The notes: generated by a model not told the origin, from the letters alone. 63,999 nt of DNA, filler included, from Choristocarpus tenellus KU-1152 (GCA_964200185.2; 16 parts of 16 records of this genome joined end to end with filler, not necessarily neighbours in it), one strand, 5' to 3'. Shown: positions 14,501 to 27,669, numbered from the whole stretch's first letter. A program made the numbers and translations.

Positions 14501-15038
14501 TACCCCTGACAACCAAAGTACAGTGCAGTACAGTACAGCAACTTAGAAGAGAGACAGTTACATACTATTTTTCTGGAATAACAGCAGAGGAAGTAGGACC
14601 AAAAACACTACACTGCTGATACCTGTTCAATGCAAACATCACTCTAGAAATAGTCAAAACAATAATAAAATTATTGAGAACCTTGACAAAGGTGCATACT
14701 CCAGAAAGCAACATTTCTGATCCACCAACAAACCAACAAGACACCCTCCGTTTCACAACGCAAACTATTCAACCTCTAACCCTAACCCCCAAATCGTCTG
14801 ATGAACACCTAAGCACACAATGAAAAAGAAAAGTTGTCTGATTCCTCACTGTCCTTCTCCCCCCCCTGCCCCAGAATCACTTTTATCTAAACAAATCCCT
14901 GCAACATGTTCTTCCTACACAAAGAGCGCAAGTACACTCGGTAGACCTCCAGAGCGCTTTATACATAAATATTGCAAAGGCGTTTTTCACACACCTGTGC
15001 ATCTTGAGCAGTGCCAGTTGCAGGGCAGTAAAAGCATC
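11598..15038 (-). CDS. REX1: RNA exonuclease, REX1/RNH70/REXO5(SDN5)-like, C-terminal half
   Basis: Exons: 15038-14995 (DAFTALQLALLKMH, end of ExoIII), 14247-14146 (GPEFG...ETIFDKLSR), 13544-13409, possibly 13251-13083, ~12999-12664 (PDLLWVDF), 12204-12021 (IDRALSELFERLPPDTLLVTVCQG) and 11680-11598 (EDEDDLMRATEEAIHGVCFIAVK*). Phases are consistent; the middle exons are less certain. Confidence 0.8.
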
Positions 15039-15390
15039 CTGGGCATCACAATTCGCAGGGGCAAGCAACACAAAACGGCGAGATGAGTACACATGAGCTT
15101 GTTGCTCTCACTCTAATGCCCGTGTTGGCTGGAGAGAGGCCGCCGGGGGCAGGGAGGAAATCAGGTGGGACTGGGACACTGTAGCAATACCATGCCTCGA
15201 CTCAAACTTCTACCAGAAAATGCAATGTTCACAAAAGATCAAAACTCTTTCTCCTTTTTGATTTCATATACCGACGGCTTTCCTCTTGCCCACGTGTACA
15301 CATCAACACAAAAGACCCCTCTTATCACAAAATGCAATGAATCGTTGTCTCTGGTGACAGGTAGGGGGAGGGGGTAGTACGAGGTGAATC

Positions 15391-15421
<31 letters not shown>

Positions 15422-15554
15422 ACACAAAACCCAAACCCAGTCCCCCCCCCCCCCNNNNNNNNNNNNNNNNNNNNNNNNNNNNNNNNNNNNNNNNNNNNTT
15501 AATTAATTAANNNNNNNNNNNNNNNNNNNNNNNNNNNNNNNNNNNNNNNNNNNN

Positions 15555-15660
15555 GTCGCTTCGACGATTGGTTTCCCAGCTCACCACGAGTAATCAGTCG
15601 CTTCGACGATTGATTTCCCAGCTCACCACGATTAATCAGTCGCTTCGACGATTGATTCCC
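15555..15660. repeat. 42-bp tandem repeat (~2.5 units, truncated by contig start)
   Basis: Unit GTCGCTTCGACGATTG(G/A)TTTCCCAGCTCACCACGA(G/T)TAATCA starts at 15555, 15597 and 15639. Confidence 0.9.
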
Positions 15661-16168
15661 TTCCCGCTAACCCTAACCCTAATTACTACAAAAACGATAT
15701 TGTATCACATCAATTCTGTGCCACTTTTTTGGGGTATGCCCATGGGTGCACAAAATCGGGGTAGGTACTGTAACAGTTTATTTCTTTCTTTTTCCCTTAT
15801 TTACTTGACACCCCTAAAAATGTTGTGAAGGAATAATAATATTTCAATAATTGAGTTTTCAATTTATAATGCAGAGAAGAAATTTCCTTATTAATTTGTT
15901 GGTGGTCGTTTGGTAAGGTATTATAAAAATAATTAATGGTAGTGTATTGGAGATGGAGATGGATGGACACTTACGTCTATTCAAACAGAACCTTCCAGAA
16001 ACGCGCTTTTCTTCTGCAAGTCTGTGACGGCAAGTCATGTCCATGCTTGAAAAGCCCTGTTGTCTTCTCCTACAAACTTCCCCCATCAATTAACAGTTGT
16101 AGCCCCATCGAGGTCCAACCTGACGTTTCTTTTGATAGCTCGTAGAGTTTCTGAGCGGATACAACAAA

Positions 16169-18019
16169 ATGTTAACAAGAGCAACTCAACGGGGTGGTGC
16201 CAAGCTCATTGTCTCAAATGCTAGGCAGTTAGTCTGCAGCGAGATGGGTTCACTGCCCTCTTTGCAGGGGCAAAGTCGATTCCTTCCTCGCCTTCTTGCA
16301 ATCCGACCGATGACAACAGACATTCCCAAGGATCACCTACATAATCGTAATATCAGCACACAGGCAAGCCAAGAGGAAAAGAGACCAGGCTCTCGCTCTC
16401 AGGTAGGGGTGCTACGGAGATCATCACTTGTCATAGTTTCTATGTTTTTTTCCTCAGTTATTCTCTCCTTCTCAGCCATTTGTCGTAGTTTACATGTTTC
16501 TTTCCGCAGTTATTCTCTCCTTCTCAATCCACTAGCCTCTATCTTCTGATTGTTTTGGCATCTACCAGATTCGTACCCACTTAATATCCCCACTACTATA
16601 TCTGGTTTGAGACTTTGCTCCCTCCTCCGGCAACAGATTCACTTTAAGCTCACTGCAAATAAGCACCCTCTGGGCTTGCAAAAGAACAAGGAGAAAATTC
16701 AAGGAGAGTGGAGCATGCCCAACGCCATCTGGTCACCCGAAGAGGTCAACGGTATAAAGGTGACCTGGCGTGATGGAGATACAGACGTGACCGGTCCAGG
16801 CACTGATTTGGTATGCCTTTTTCTCGAGTGGGATTAGAAGGGGCAACGATGACCGAGCAGCGCTAATACCTAGCTCACAAATATCCAACCTTGTCCATCA
16901 GCATGGTTCAAAGTATCTGGGGGGGGGGATGGCTGCTGTCCATTTGGGGGCATTTTTTTCATGTCGCGATTGTTGAGTGATTTGGTTGCATACATCGAAT
17001 GGATAATGTAAGTGCACTTTTCCTGGTTTTGGGCCAAATCGACACCCTGGTGTAGACCGCCCCCGCCCCCCCCAGATACTTTGGGCCCATATGCAGGACG
17101 ATGCTGACAGGTATTCAATATACACACATCAAGCAGGTGACCCACAAGGAACCCGAGGAAGCAGTCGACCATGTCGCCTATGGGGCGGTGAGATTTTTGC
17201 GAAACTCTTTCGATGTCCTGGCAGGCTTCAAAACTGGTCCTATAAACGAGCACAAGTGTGAGTCTTGCCTCGTTTTCTTCCCTCCTTTTCCCTCCTTTCA
17301 TCTTCCATTGCCTTCAGCCCCTCCATCACTTCCAGCCCTTTTAGTTAACTCATATTCAATTCACTTACTCTCTGTTCGCTTTTCCCCTATGCAAAAATCG
17401 TTTGCCATACCCGCGTGTAAACCTTGTGATGCAATAACCGTTTGATGACACTAGTGCTGTCATGAAGGGCCATCCACGATCTGTGCTCACCCTTTTCTTC
17501 TGCTCTTCTCCTGTTCTCGAGCCAAGTCCAAGTCTTCTGGTGTATGTTAGCAGTACACTGTGATCTTGGATGGTGTACTTAAAGTGATCCCAGGAGAAGC
17601 AACAATGCCGTGAATCACCTCTTTTATCACGAGGTGTTCTAATAGGCACTTTGCATTTGTTATTGAAAGTAGTGGTATTCCTCATACTGTACTTTCTTCA
17701 ATAACCATATCGTGATAGTGGCAAATAAACTAGTTAGCAAATATTTCACTATCCTTTCTATAGCATAGTTGTGTTTGCCAAATAGTCAGCTATGCCCTCT
17801 TTTCATGCATGCAAGAGATATTCAATGTGGAAGAAATGGTCTTGATTGACCCTCCCCTCCCCCCCCCACACCCGACCTCACACACTCTCTGTTTACTATC
17901 TATAATCCCTTGTTCGTGTTAGATCTCAACCGCATAATTTTCCTGGAAACTGTGGCGGGAATTCCTGGAATGGTGGCAGGGACATTGCGTCATCTGAATT
18001 CCCTCCGCCGCATGAAGAG
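16169..18019 (+). CDS. AOX: Mitochondrial alternative oxidase (5' four exons)
   Basis: Exons 16169-16402 (Arg/Ser-rich presequence-like), 16637-16759 ([13 protein letters not shown]), 17137-17257 ([18 protein letters not shown]) and 17923-18019 ([32 protein letters not shown]). The last carries the LETVAxxPGMV di-iron motif; all phases are consistent. Confidence 0.95.
16905..17087. mobile_element. MITE family B, full copy in AOX intron 2
   Basis: TIRs GGTTCAAAGTATCT+G-tract / C-tract+AGATACTTTGGGCC; 3-bp TSD CAT. Confidence 0.92.
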
Positions 18020-18329
18020 GTGACTTTTCAATGCAAGACAAGAAGTTACTGATAAGAACACGGATCATTAGCAGTGTGTGGGTCCTTGCAGAGAATAGAG
18101 GTTTCAACTAAATCATAGCCTGGCGGACGGACCAAAAGCAAACACAGCACTATGACTAACTGCCTTTAACCCAAACCTTAATCATGATCTAACTCTGATC
18201 CTGACCTAAATCTGAGCAGTACATCAACCTCGGACTTATCTAATATGCATACGTTGGCAATGATGTGCATGAACTCTTCAAGCAAGAGGTCAAGGGTGAC
18301 ATAATATAGTTTGTACCCGAAGCATAGTA

Positions 18330-18369
18330 GGGTCAAAGTCTCTGGGGGGGGGGGGGGTGGTTTGTGGGG
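18330..18369. mobile_element. MITE family B end (cut by contig end)
   Basis: GGGTCAAAGTCTCT followed by poly-G. Confidence 0.65.
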
Positions 18370-19305
18370 NNNNNNNNNNNNNNNNNNNNNNNNNNNNNNN
18401 NNNNNNNNNNNNNTTAATTAATTAANNNNNNNNNNNNNNNNNNNNNNNNNNNNNNNNNNNNNNNNNNNNCCCGCCTGGGTTGCAGCCGTTTCCCTTTCCC
18501 TGTGCAACAACGCAAGGGGGGGGTTTTGTTTATTTTGGGGGGGGGAGGGGGAGGGGGAGGTGGTAAGTATCACAAAATATCAACTGAAAAAACAAAAACA
18601 GAGAGGGGTCAGATATCCGCTGTCAGAACTGCTGCATTCGAACGTGGAGGAGGGGATGGAACTGTCGTTGTTATTGATCTCTCTTGTTCATTTTCAACAG
18701 TTGAACGACTGTACTCTATGTACACACTTATGTAATAATTAAAAAAATTGTTTACAGAAAGAAAAAGAAAAAACAGTATATCTCATAGTATATATATATG
18801 AATAGTGTACGCAAGTGCCATAATATATGGTACTAAATGTGTATCTCATCATCATACTCCCCTACTAGTAGGTTAAACGCTACCAGCAGATACAGATATG
18901 TGGTGTGCTTACAGATCGTCATGGAGCCTATAGCCAGTCAGAGAAGGCAGGACAAACACAAGCTTAATTAGGGGGGTTGATACCTCTGTCTCATGGGGAG
19001 GGGAGGGCAGGGGGAGGGGGGCACCATCACTTTAAATTGTTCATTATTTTCACTAGTATACATGCTGTTGTAGAGGAAATCGATCTCACAGCTGATTGGT
19101 TGGTTGGGTTGAATAGACACAATTGTGCTCATATTAGTTTATTGGATCTTCCTCCTCATATTACTGTTGTTCCAAGCGGAATTGCACTGACAACACTACA
19201 GTAGGGACTCATGAACAAAATATTGTGCTCCAAAGGACTTTAGTTGTCCTTCGAGTGGATGGATAACTATGAGAGGTTTTAACATCACAACAACATTCTC
19301 CACTC

Positions 19306-19370
19306 TGTATGTATGTATGTATGTATGTATGTATGTATGTATGTATGTATGTATGTATGTATGTATGTAT
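19306..19370. repeat. (TGTA)n microsatellite
   Basis: About 16 perfect TGTA units. Confidence 0.95.
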
Positions 19371-20296
19371 ATACTGAATGTAGCACAGAAGGGTCAAAGA
19401 AGATGGCCAAGACACTATCTAATGAGATGGATGTGATGAGCAAATGAGACCTTGGGGAGGGGGGGGGAATCACAAATCATGATACAATTTAAAAAATTCA
19501 GAAGATCATCCTCTGTGTACCAAGACTTGCCACAAGTACGGAGCAAAAGCACAGTACTAATTCAAGTACCACAGACTTTCCCCAAGTACAGACCAAAAAA
19601 GCAAAGTACAAATTCAAGTACCACAACTGGACCACACTATCAACAGAACCCACCAGGCAACAACATAAGCATGATAGTTCCTGGTTCTCCGCATAGCCAA
19701 GTGCTTGTTCACGAGAATAGCTACCACAACCATCTGCACATAAATGCCAACGATTTTATTGTCACAAATATTATTCACACCGCCTCTTAGTTTGCTACAA
19801 AAACCATTGCCCACAGAATGTAGGGCTCTTCGAGGCAAGGCCCCCACGGACTAGAAATTTCAGACTCATGCTCCCACCCCACCCCCTCCCATCCACCACA
19901 TTCCATGCTGCTACAAAACCACGCAGCGCCACTACAAGCCACAACATGGTGCTACAGAGCACACCATAGACCTACACAGATCTTACACCCCATAAAAAAA
20001 AAAGAGCCCGCGAGATGTGAAACCCTGTCGTCCATGTTGTTGGAAAAGAGCAGACGCTTTGAAAACACTACATACATACAACCGTTACTAGTGCAGCGAA
20101 TATCAACCCAACACTATCCGCTGAAAAAATAAATAAAGTAAAAAAAAGTACTGACTACACCAGAAAAAGTCACCACCTTACACGACACTGCAACCGAGAA
20201 GATGTATAATTAATAATTATTATTATTTACATCTTCTCTTTTCATTGCACTTTACTCTCTCATTCTCCCATTCCACGTGCATACTCCTCTGCATAC

Positions 20297-21338
20297 CTCA
20301 AGTTTGCGCTGGGTTGCCTGGAGGCTCTTGTTCAGCGCTCCTGCATGAGCTACAGACGCCTCCAGCTCGTCCTCCACCCCCTGTAATCAAAAGGAAGACC
20401 AAACCCATATGCAACGGCCTAAGCTAGTTAGAGGTACTGAAACAAGAACCAGAGAGAGGTTGTCTCCAACACAATAATAATATTGTGTTGGAGACAACGC
20501 CATTACTATACTAATAATATCATTGTTGCCACGATTATCATTTCTATATCGTTATCATTTCTATATTACAACTACTACTACTGCTATTATTATATTAGTA
20601 TTAATAACAATAATAATAATATCCTTTCACATCAGTCTGAGGGGTCTTGAACTCGTGGTCGAGACAGGATATGCCAAAAGGAGACATAATATGTGCATAT
20701 AACAAAATAATAGTGAGACAAGAGTCTATCAGGGGGAGATGAAGGGATGCCCTTCCCCTCCCCCCTTCCTTTCGACTATAACTCCAGAACTCTACGTACT
20801 ATGGATCGACTCCATGTCAAGGTTTATTCTTGAATGCTGTTGTGATACGGTGGTTCAGTCAACGGTACTGAATCGGTATCGTTACGGTATACAGCACACA
20901 CCAACTTTACTAGAAAGTTCTAGAGATCGTGGAATATTCAGTGGATAAGAACAGAATAAACTCTAGAAAGGTCACACGATTACCTCATCAAACACTCCAT
21001 AAATGATTTCTTGCAAAAAGTCGTACAATACCGCCTGCCAATATCAACCCCTGTTACTACTACTCCCCCTCTTCTTGGCGAATTCTTGCATAGGTGAGGA
21101 ATGATTATGTGTACTGAATGCAATCCCTCTTTTTTTGCCAAAAGACAAAATACCCCCCAAAAAAAGTTAGCTTAAAAAAGAATAAAACAAGTATAATATT
21201 GAGAGTCCCTGTATTCAACATTGTTCATTATTTTAAATACTTCCAAGTACACTTATCTTTGTTCATACATGCTTTCTTCATAAACAGAAAATAACTTTCT
21301 TAACAAACAGCAAATAACACCCCCCCCCCCCCCCCCAC

Positions 21339-21370
<32 letters not shown>

Positions 21371-21916
21371 AACTAGAGGAAAAAAAAAGATAAAAAANNN
21401 NNNNNNNAAAAAAAAAACTTTCTAAAAAAACAAAAAAAAACCCCCCCCCCCCCCCCCTCCATCATATCGCAGCAGATAGGGACAGGAACTACTCTTCTGT
21501 TGGCAAAATAGTTTATCAATACAAAACTCTGAAAATAGTTAAGAGGCAGCACCACCACCGACTCTCTCATCAACCAATAACATCTACAACACAACACACT
21601 CAACTTTTACTCAAGTACCAAACAAAAAAAGCAACTCCACTGCTGCATCCCTGTAAAAAAAACATGTATCAAAGAAAATTGAACAACCACAACAAACACA
21701 TACAACTATAAAAAATAATATGTCTCCTTCAAACACCAGGAAAAGGCAAAAAAAAATTGCAGATGAGAGAGGATGGGGGGGGGGGAGTGACTGCTTGACC
21801 TTCAGTGTGATCTGTGTAGACTTTAGGGTCTCAGACAAGGTCTTCACTTCTTCTTTTGAACCATCAAGCTCCTCCCCTAACGCCTCCGTCTGTTCCTTAA
21901 AACTGTCCCTCTCCGC
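20297..21916 (-). CDS. Coiled-coil protein, two internal exons
   Basis: Phase-0 exons 21916-21800 (AERDSFKEQTEALGEELDGSKEEVKTLSETLKSTQITLK) and 20380-20297 (GVEDELEASVAHAGALNKSLQATQRKLE), with CAG/GT boundaries and a heptad pattern. Confidence 0.7.
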
Positions 21917-22227
21917 CTGCTCAAGATGTGGGAAAAAAAGAAAAAAAAGAGCTGATAATGCATTCAAATACCTATTACACTACTTATTCATTGTGCTATC
22001 AAATACCAAGTTACATTTACCGCTGTAATCAATCACTACTCGAAGACTGCAAAGGGTGTCACATAGGATACGGGGGTGGGGGGGGAGGGGGGCGGGAGGG
22101 AGGGAAGTTCGGGTAGGGAGGGAGTGGNNNNNNNNNNNNNNNNNNNNNNNNNNNNNNNNNNNNNNNNNNNNTTAATTAATTAANNNNNNNNNNNNNNNNN
22201 NNNNNNNNNNNNNNNNNNNNNNNNNNN

Positions 22228-24440
22228 CCTCCTTGACAAATCCTTTGCAGACTTTGCTGACAAACCCTTCTACATGTTCTTCTTCTGACAGACGCAATTC
22301 CCATTGCAGAGTCCCATCATCTTCCCACGCTACCTCTACTGAAAGGGGTGCTACACCTGGACTCTCCAATGGTTGGGTCAGGGGATCCTTGTCTTGGGCA
22401 AGATATATCATGGCAATACCTGCCTCTGGATCCGTATCTTGGGTACCTGCTTCTGGGCCTACATCAAAAAAAGTTGCCTGTTCCTTTTCTGGTGGTGTAT
22501 GCTCACCAGTTAGAGTACTAGTGCATCTTGGGAGTCTAGGGACTGTGTTAGGGGGGGGTTCTCTACATTCAGCAGATCTGGGCTTATTGGGAGGCAGTCT
22601 GTAGTACTCGGATGGTCGTGTTTTGTGGAGTCATTGATGCTTGCCATTCTCCTTGGGCTGACAGGGGTGCATTTTTATCACGAGGTCGGGGTTTCACAGC
22701 TCGAAAAAAAGGTATCCATGGTGAATTTGGAGCTGGTCGAAAGCCTTCCCTCTCTCGAAATGACAGTATACTCTTGTTCTGCCTACAGAATGCGGTTCCC
22801 AGAACCATCCCCGTAAGGTAAGCCTTCCACTAATCTAAATCTTACATTGTGGACTCTATCCTCTGGGGGAAACAATATTGGCAGTATGCAGGATCCTAGT
22901 ACCCGCATAGGTGGAATACTGCATCCTTTCGGGTTTGCCGCATGCAACGTTCCCTTACCAGTTTGGTTAAGGTGTGGTAAGCCGGTGCTACCTCCCCAGA
23001 GAGTAGTACTGCGCCAGAAAGCAGACGAGATGTAGTTCCCACCTCCTGCACCTGTGTCAAGGAGTATCTGTACAGGCATTCTCGAGCGGACTTTGCGAGG
23101 GTGCCACAGCAGTGCAGATAGTCATACTTGACTAGTTCTTTGGGCAGTTGACATAGTGGATATGCTCGAGGCAAGTGTGGGGGCCATGCTTCCTATGGCT
23201 ACAGTGCCTAAGTTCCCTGGAGCTGAAGAATCCAGGGCGCACCTTCAGGGTGACTCGGGAACTTCTGAATCGGTCGAGCTGCTTGCAAATGGTGACGGAA
23301 GCTCAAAGTCTTGCATTGCGGCGAGGTAGTGCAAATGGGCATCTGTCAAGGCTACCATCGTATGTGAGTTGTTCGCTGGGGTGGTACTTGGCTTATCTTG
23401 GGAAAGATTTGCAAAGTAACCCTTAGGTACTACGGAGTCGTCGTGAGTATACCTGCACCTGCGACTGATAGAGTTGAAGCATTCGCGACCAAAGGCATGA
23501 TGGAAACAAACTCGATGTGCCTTGAGCCACTCGACCACCTCATCTTGGGAAGCAGATGGCGAAGGTAAATCCTTACCAGAAGGGTGTCGACCTGCATCGC
23601 TCTCTCTGTCTGTGGTTATAGAGGACGTGGATCGAGGCACAGACTGGGTGGTGGGTGTTGCTGGGCGAACGGGCGCAGACGCATTCCTCTTCGAAACGAA
23701 CATGGTACCATGTTTCCCAGGAGCAAAAGCAGGTTGGTTTGTCAACGCAGCACAAACAATGGGCAAGGGGTTTTGGGACGAAACAGGTTGGAGCATCGGT
23801 GCGAGGGCCGCCAGCACACTGTTGACCACTTCTTGGTGTGGTGATGGAGTCTGGCTTGGCACCTCCTGTGGCAAGGATGTCCTGCTATGTTGGGGTAGTT
23901 CCAGTTCCTGTCTGCCTTCCGGGGTGTCAACTGGGGCAGACAACGGGTCGGACATGCTTGCAAACATAGCACGAGCGTTAGACATGCTACCTAAGCAGTA
24001 GGTGACCTATCTTTAGATGACGCAGGTTTTGTAGCATTTTTGATTGGTTGGGAAATATGCGTACTGGTCGCTACGATTCGACAATTCTTCGATAAGATCG
24101 TCAAAGATCCGCTCTGCTTAATTCCCCACTGTTTCATTTCATCTCCTAAAGGAATATTCTGGGAAACTGCCAGTGGGCGATTTTGGTTCCGAACCTCCTT
24201 TCGAAATGAAAATGCCATTGACCGTACTCCAATCTGATCTAGAACATTGGGAAGAAGGATAGGAAGAGCTCGTTCGCAAAGATCAATGAGTTGATCTTCA
24301 GCTATATACCTCCAAAAGAAAGTTGTCGCAAACATGAGGCATCCGCGAATCTATGGTGTATGCTCGATAATGCAAGACAAGCCTGTTGGCTGCAGCTTTC
24401 CACGATTCCCCTCTCTCGGTCCTTAAAGAACTCATATATC
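22228..24440 (-). mobile_element. Ty3/Gypsy LTR retrotransposon gag-protease region (frameshifted)
   Basis: Aspartic protease motif ILLDTGAGGGNYIS in ORF 22783-23079; Gag-like ORFs 23245-24335. Segment 22228-22610 is closely homologous to 62860-63240, which continues into RT. Confidence 0.88.
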
Positions 24441-25199
24441 TAAATCAGGGTTACCGAAAAGGTATTTTAAAGGGCACCGTTTAGGGCAACTCGTATATCT
24501 TGGAAACACATTTTCACGGCTTCGTTTTAACATCAACTGGGATAGGTTAAACGCATATGTTATGAAGCAGGTCTTATGCGCACATGACTTTTGAAAATGT
24601 GTATCGTGCTTGGTGCTGTGGTCATGTACACTCTAAGCCCAACACAATTCAAACCGAAAACACGCTAAAGAAAGTTGCCGCACACCTCACAACAACTTCC
24701 GATCCTATCCTTTTACGTTGGGGTAGTGTTATTCTGTTTGCCTACGACATTGATCATGTTGACCCTTTAATTCCTGTTGTCACACGCTGCTCAAGTTGGT
24801 AGGCAATTGCATATTCCATTTCAAGCAATATTCAAAAGTCTACCACATGCCTTTTAACTCTATATACCCCATTCCANNNNNNNNNNNNNNNNNNNNNNNN
24901 NNNNNNNNNNNNNNNNNNNNTTAATTAATTAANNNNNNNNNNNNNNNNNNNNNNNNNNNNNNNNNNNNNNNNNNNNTCTTGGGGTTTGTGCTGTGCCGGT
25001 TGGTTCTTCCTCTTTTTTTTTTTTTTTTTTTGTTGGCCGCCCGCCCCCCCCCCCCCCCCCCCCCCAATCTTTTTTTGGAGGTTCATTTATCGGACGAACT
25101 CTTAAACGTATCGATTCGATTCCGTGGTTTGTTTAGAACCGCTCTTAAAACGCCTTCCAAGACTCTGCTTTCTTGTTCTTGTTTTTTGCCTTGAACTAG

Positions 25200-26116
25200 A
25201 TTCCCCCGGAGGACAAGCAGAAGACGTCGATGAAGGTCATTGTCACCGGGGAGAACCAGAAGGTGGTTGGGATACATATCATCGGGATGGGGGCTGATGA
25301 GATGATGCAAGGATTTGGTGTGGCAATGAAGGTGATCAACAGAGCGAGGGTATTGTAGGTAGTGAGTGCACACATTGGATATACGTATGTAGCAGGGGAA
25401 GGCCCTGTGATGTTGGTGTGCGTGCGTGTGCACGCACGTGTAGCGTGCGTGTTGTGTGCCTCGCTGTAGGAAAGGACTTTTAATCTATCCAGCGGTGAAT
25501 TTGGGGGGGGGGTTAGTAGTTTGGTAGTGAGTGTGGGGGGATCTTTTATTGTCTGTGAGGCGTGTTTGAAGGTGTTCAATATTTTCTGTCTTATTATTAT
25601 TATTATTATTATTATTGCGTGTGTGTGTTTTCTGTCTTATTTCTTGCCTGTCATTGGTTATTGGGGGGGACGATATTTTAAGACTTTGCTCTTAGTTTTT
25701 TGTTGATGTTTTTTCTTGAGTCTAGTAGTAGTAAATAATGAGAATTTGAATGGTGTCTTGTCTTGAAAAGAAAAAAAATGTATGTATGCTATGGATACCA
25801 CTCCCCACTGTGTCCCAGATGTTGCTCTTCTCATGGTCTCTTTCCTTTTGGGGTACATTTCCTGCCCCTGCCCCTGCCCCTGCCCCTGCCCCCCCACGCA
25901 TGCATGCATGCACGCATTCACAATTTGTGAACAAGTGATGACACCACCAACAATTTGTTCTCTCTCATGGCTGACTCCTCCTTGAAACAACAATAGATGG
26001 GATGCACCAAGGCAGACCTTGACTCGTGTGTTGCCATTCACCCCACGGCATCGGAAGAGCTTGTGACACTTGGGCCATGGGGACTGGACAATGGGAAGAA
26101 GTCCAGATCGTCTTGA
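25200..26116 (+). CDS. GSR: Glutathione reductase, last two exons
   Basis: Exons 25200-25331 ([24 protein letters not shown]) and 25997-26116 ([25 protein letters not shown]...*), containing the HPTxSEE catalytic motif of the dimerisation domain. Confidence 0.95.
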
Positions 26117-26523
26117 CTGACGCCTTGAATCTTTTGGTGGTCAATTCTTGAGATACTCTTGGTGGAGGAGGGGGGGGGCATTTGCTTCTTTCCTGTCTCT
26201 TGGCGGGCGAAATTTGCGTTGGGGCAGGGGGGATGGTTTGTTTAGCAGAGTGGTTGGGGTTAGGGTTAGGGTTGGGGTCGACCGGTGGGTGTGTAATGCG
26301 CGATGTTTTTGGGATGGGTAATGGGATGTCGTCACTATTTGAGGTAGTGTTAAAAGGTGAGAAGGCGTGGCGCAGCGTGCTTGTTTTTTTGTTTGTTAAT
26401 TAAGGTGTTGGAAGAATTGGTCCCCCACCATTGGATGATACAGACCTTTTTTCTTCTATGCCTCTTTTTGTCTGACTGGGTCGGAGGGTCTTGTATGAGT
26501 GATGGAAGGGATAAGCTGTGGCA

Positions 26524-26558
26524 GTGGTGGTGGTGGTGGTGGTGGTGGTGGTGGTGGT
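26524..26558. repeat. (TGG)n microsatellite
   Basis: About 11 TGG units. Confidence 0.9.
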
Positions 26559-27669
26559 ATGCGTTGGGGACTTTGGTCTCCTCCTTTGTTGGTAGGGACA
26601 GGTGAAGAATCCAGAGGTTGTTATTGGTTCGCCCTGGATGTGAAGTATGAAGACACTGTTTCAGGAGGGTGTGATGATTTGGATGGCAGACTGGTTTGTT
26701 TGGAAGGGTATCATAGGTTGTGTGTACAACTAATGTGTGTGTGTGTGTGTGTTTCTAGATGTGTGTCATCTCTGATCATGGGATGTCTGATTTGAGTGTG
26801 GAGGACATTGGATTTTTTTTGCTGGCTCTGTTGGTGATCAAGAAGAGTATATCATGAGAATTGGTGTTGTGAATTGAGATGGTTCAACCAGCTTCGGTTT
26901 GAATAGTTTAATGTGACTGAAATGTACTGAAATGTACTGAACTGAACCAAGAAGGTTGGGTTGTTTGATTACATCTGTTTCTTGGAAATCAAGCGGCAGT
27001 TTGACCACTGAACATGTCCAAGGAGGTCATGAAGGTCATCGCAAGGCATCACATCACTACACACATTTCACTGCTTGTCGCTTTGAATCTCCTGGCCGAG
27101 ACTGGTGGAGGCTTACCAATTTCGTTTTTTTTTTTTTCCTTGCGTGTGTACTGACAGTCCAATCAGATCGGTTGAAAAGAAATCACTAGCCAATTGAGTC
27201 GTAAATTATTATTTCGGTTCACACATCACTAATAATAAAAAAATATATAGTACAAGTAGTTGCAGAGGTGTCTCTCTTTTTTTGTTGTCTGTGTTCTTGT
27301 AGAGTATGTAACAAAGGGGGGGGGGGGGGGGGCGAGGAAAGAAAGTAGTGTTGGTAACACAGGGGGGGGGTGTGGGTTTTTACTATCTTTTTGCAAATTG
27401 TTTATTTTTGTTGGATGCTCATCGTGGTAAATACTGGATTGTAGAAACTGTGATAACAAGCTCTTCAGGTTCCTAGCAAGCAGTGGCCTGGGGAGGTACA
27501 GAGGGTAGGTATATATATATACGGTGTGGAAAGGTACTGTACCGATCTTGTGTCATGTATTTACTTTTTTATCATTAATTATTGGTAACTGGTCATGAAC
27601 GCCTCTGTATATATGAGGAAATCCTCGTTTAAACGTTTGGGGTCATATGTTTCATTTTATCCAGTTTCA

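Noticed and set aside
15555-15660. CRISPR-like palindromic repeats
   Set aside because: The intervening sequences are near-identical, there are no cas genes, and the context is eukaryotic.
15963-16089. Possible first exon of a gene divergent from AOX (ends at GTAAGT on the minus strand)
   Set aside because: No recognisable homology and no downstream exon in the contig.
16905-17087. MITEs acting as introners
   Set aside because: Copies lie inside larger introns and their ends do not coincide with splice sites.
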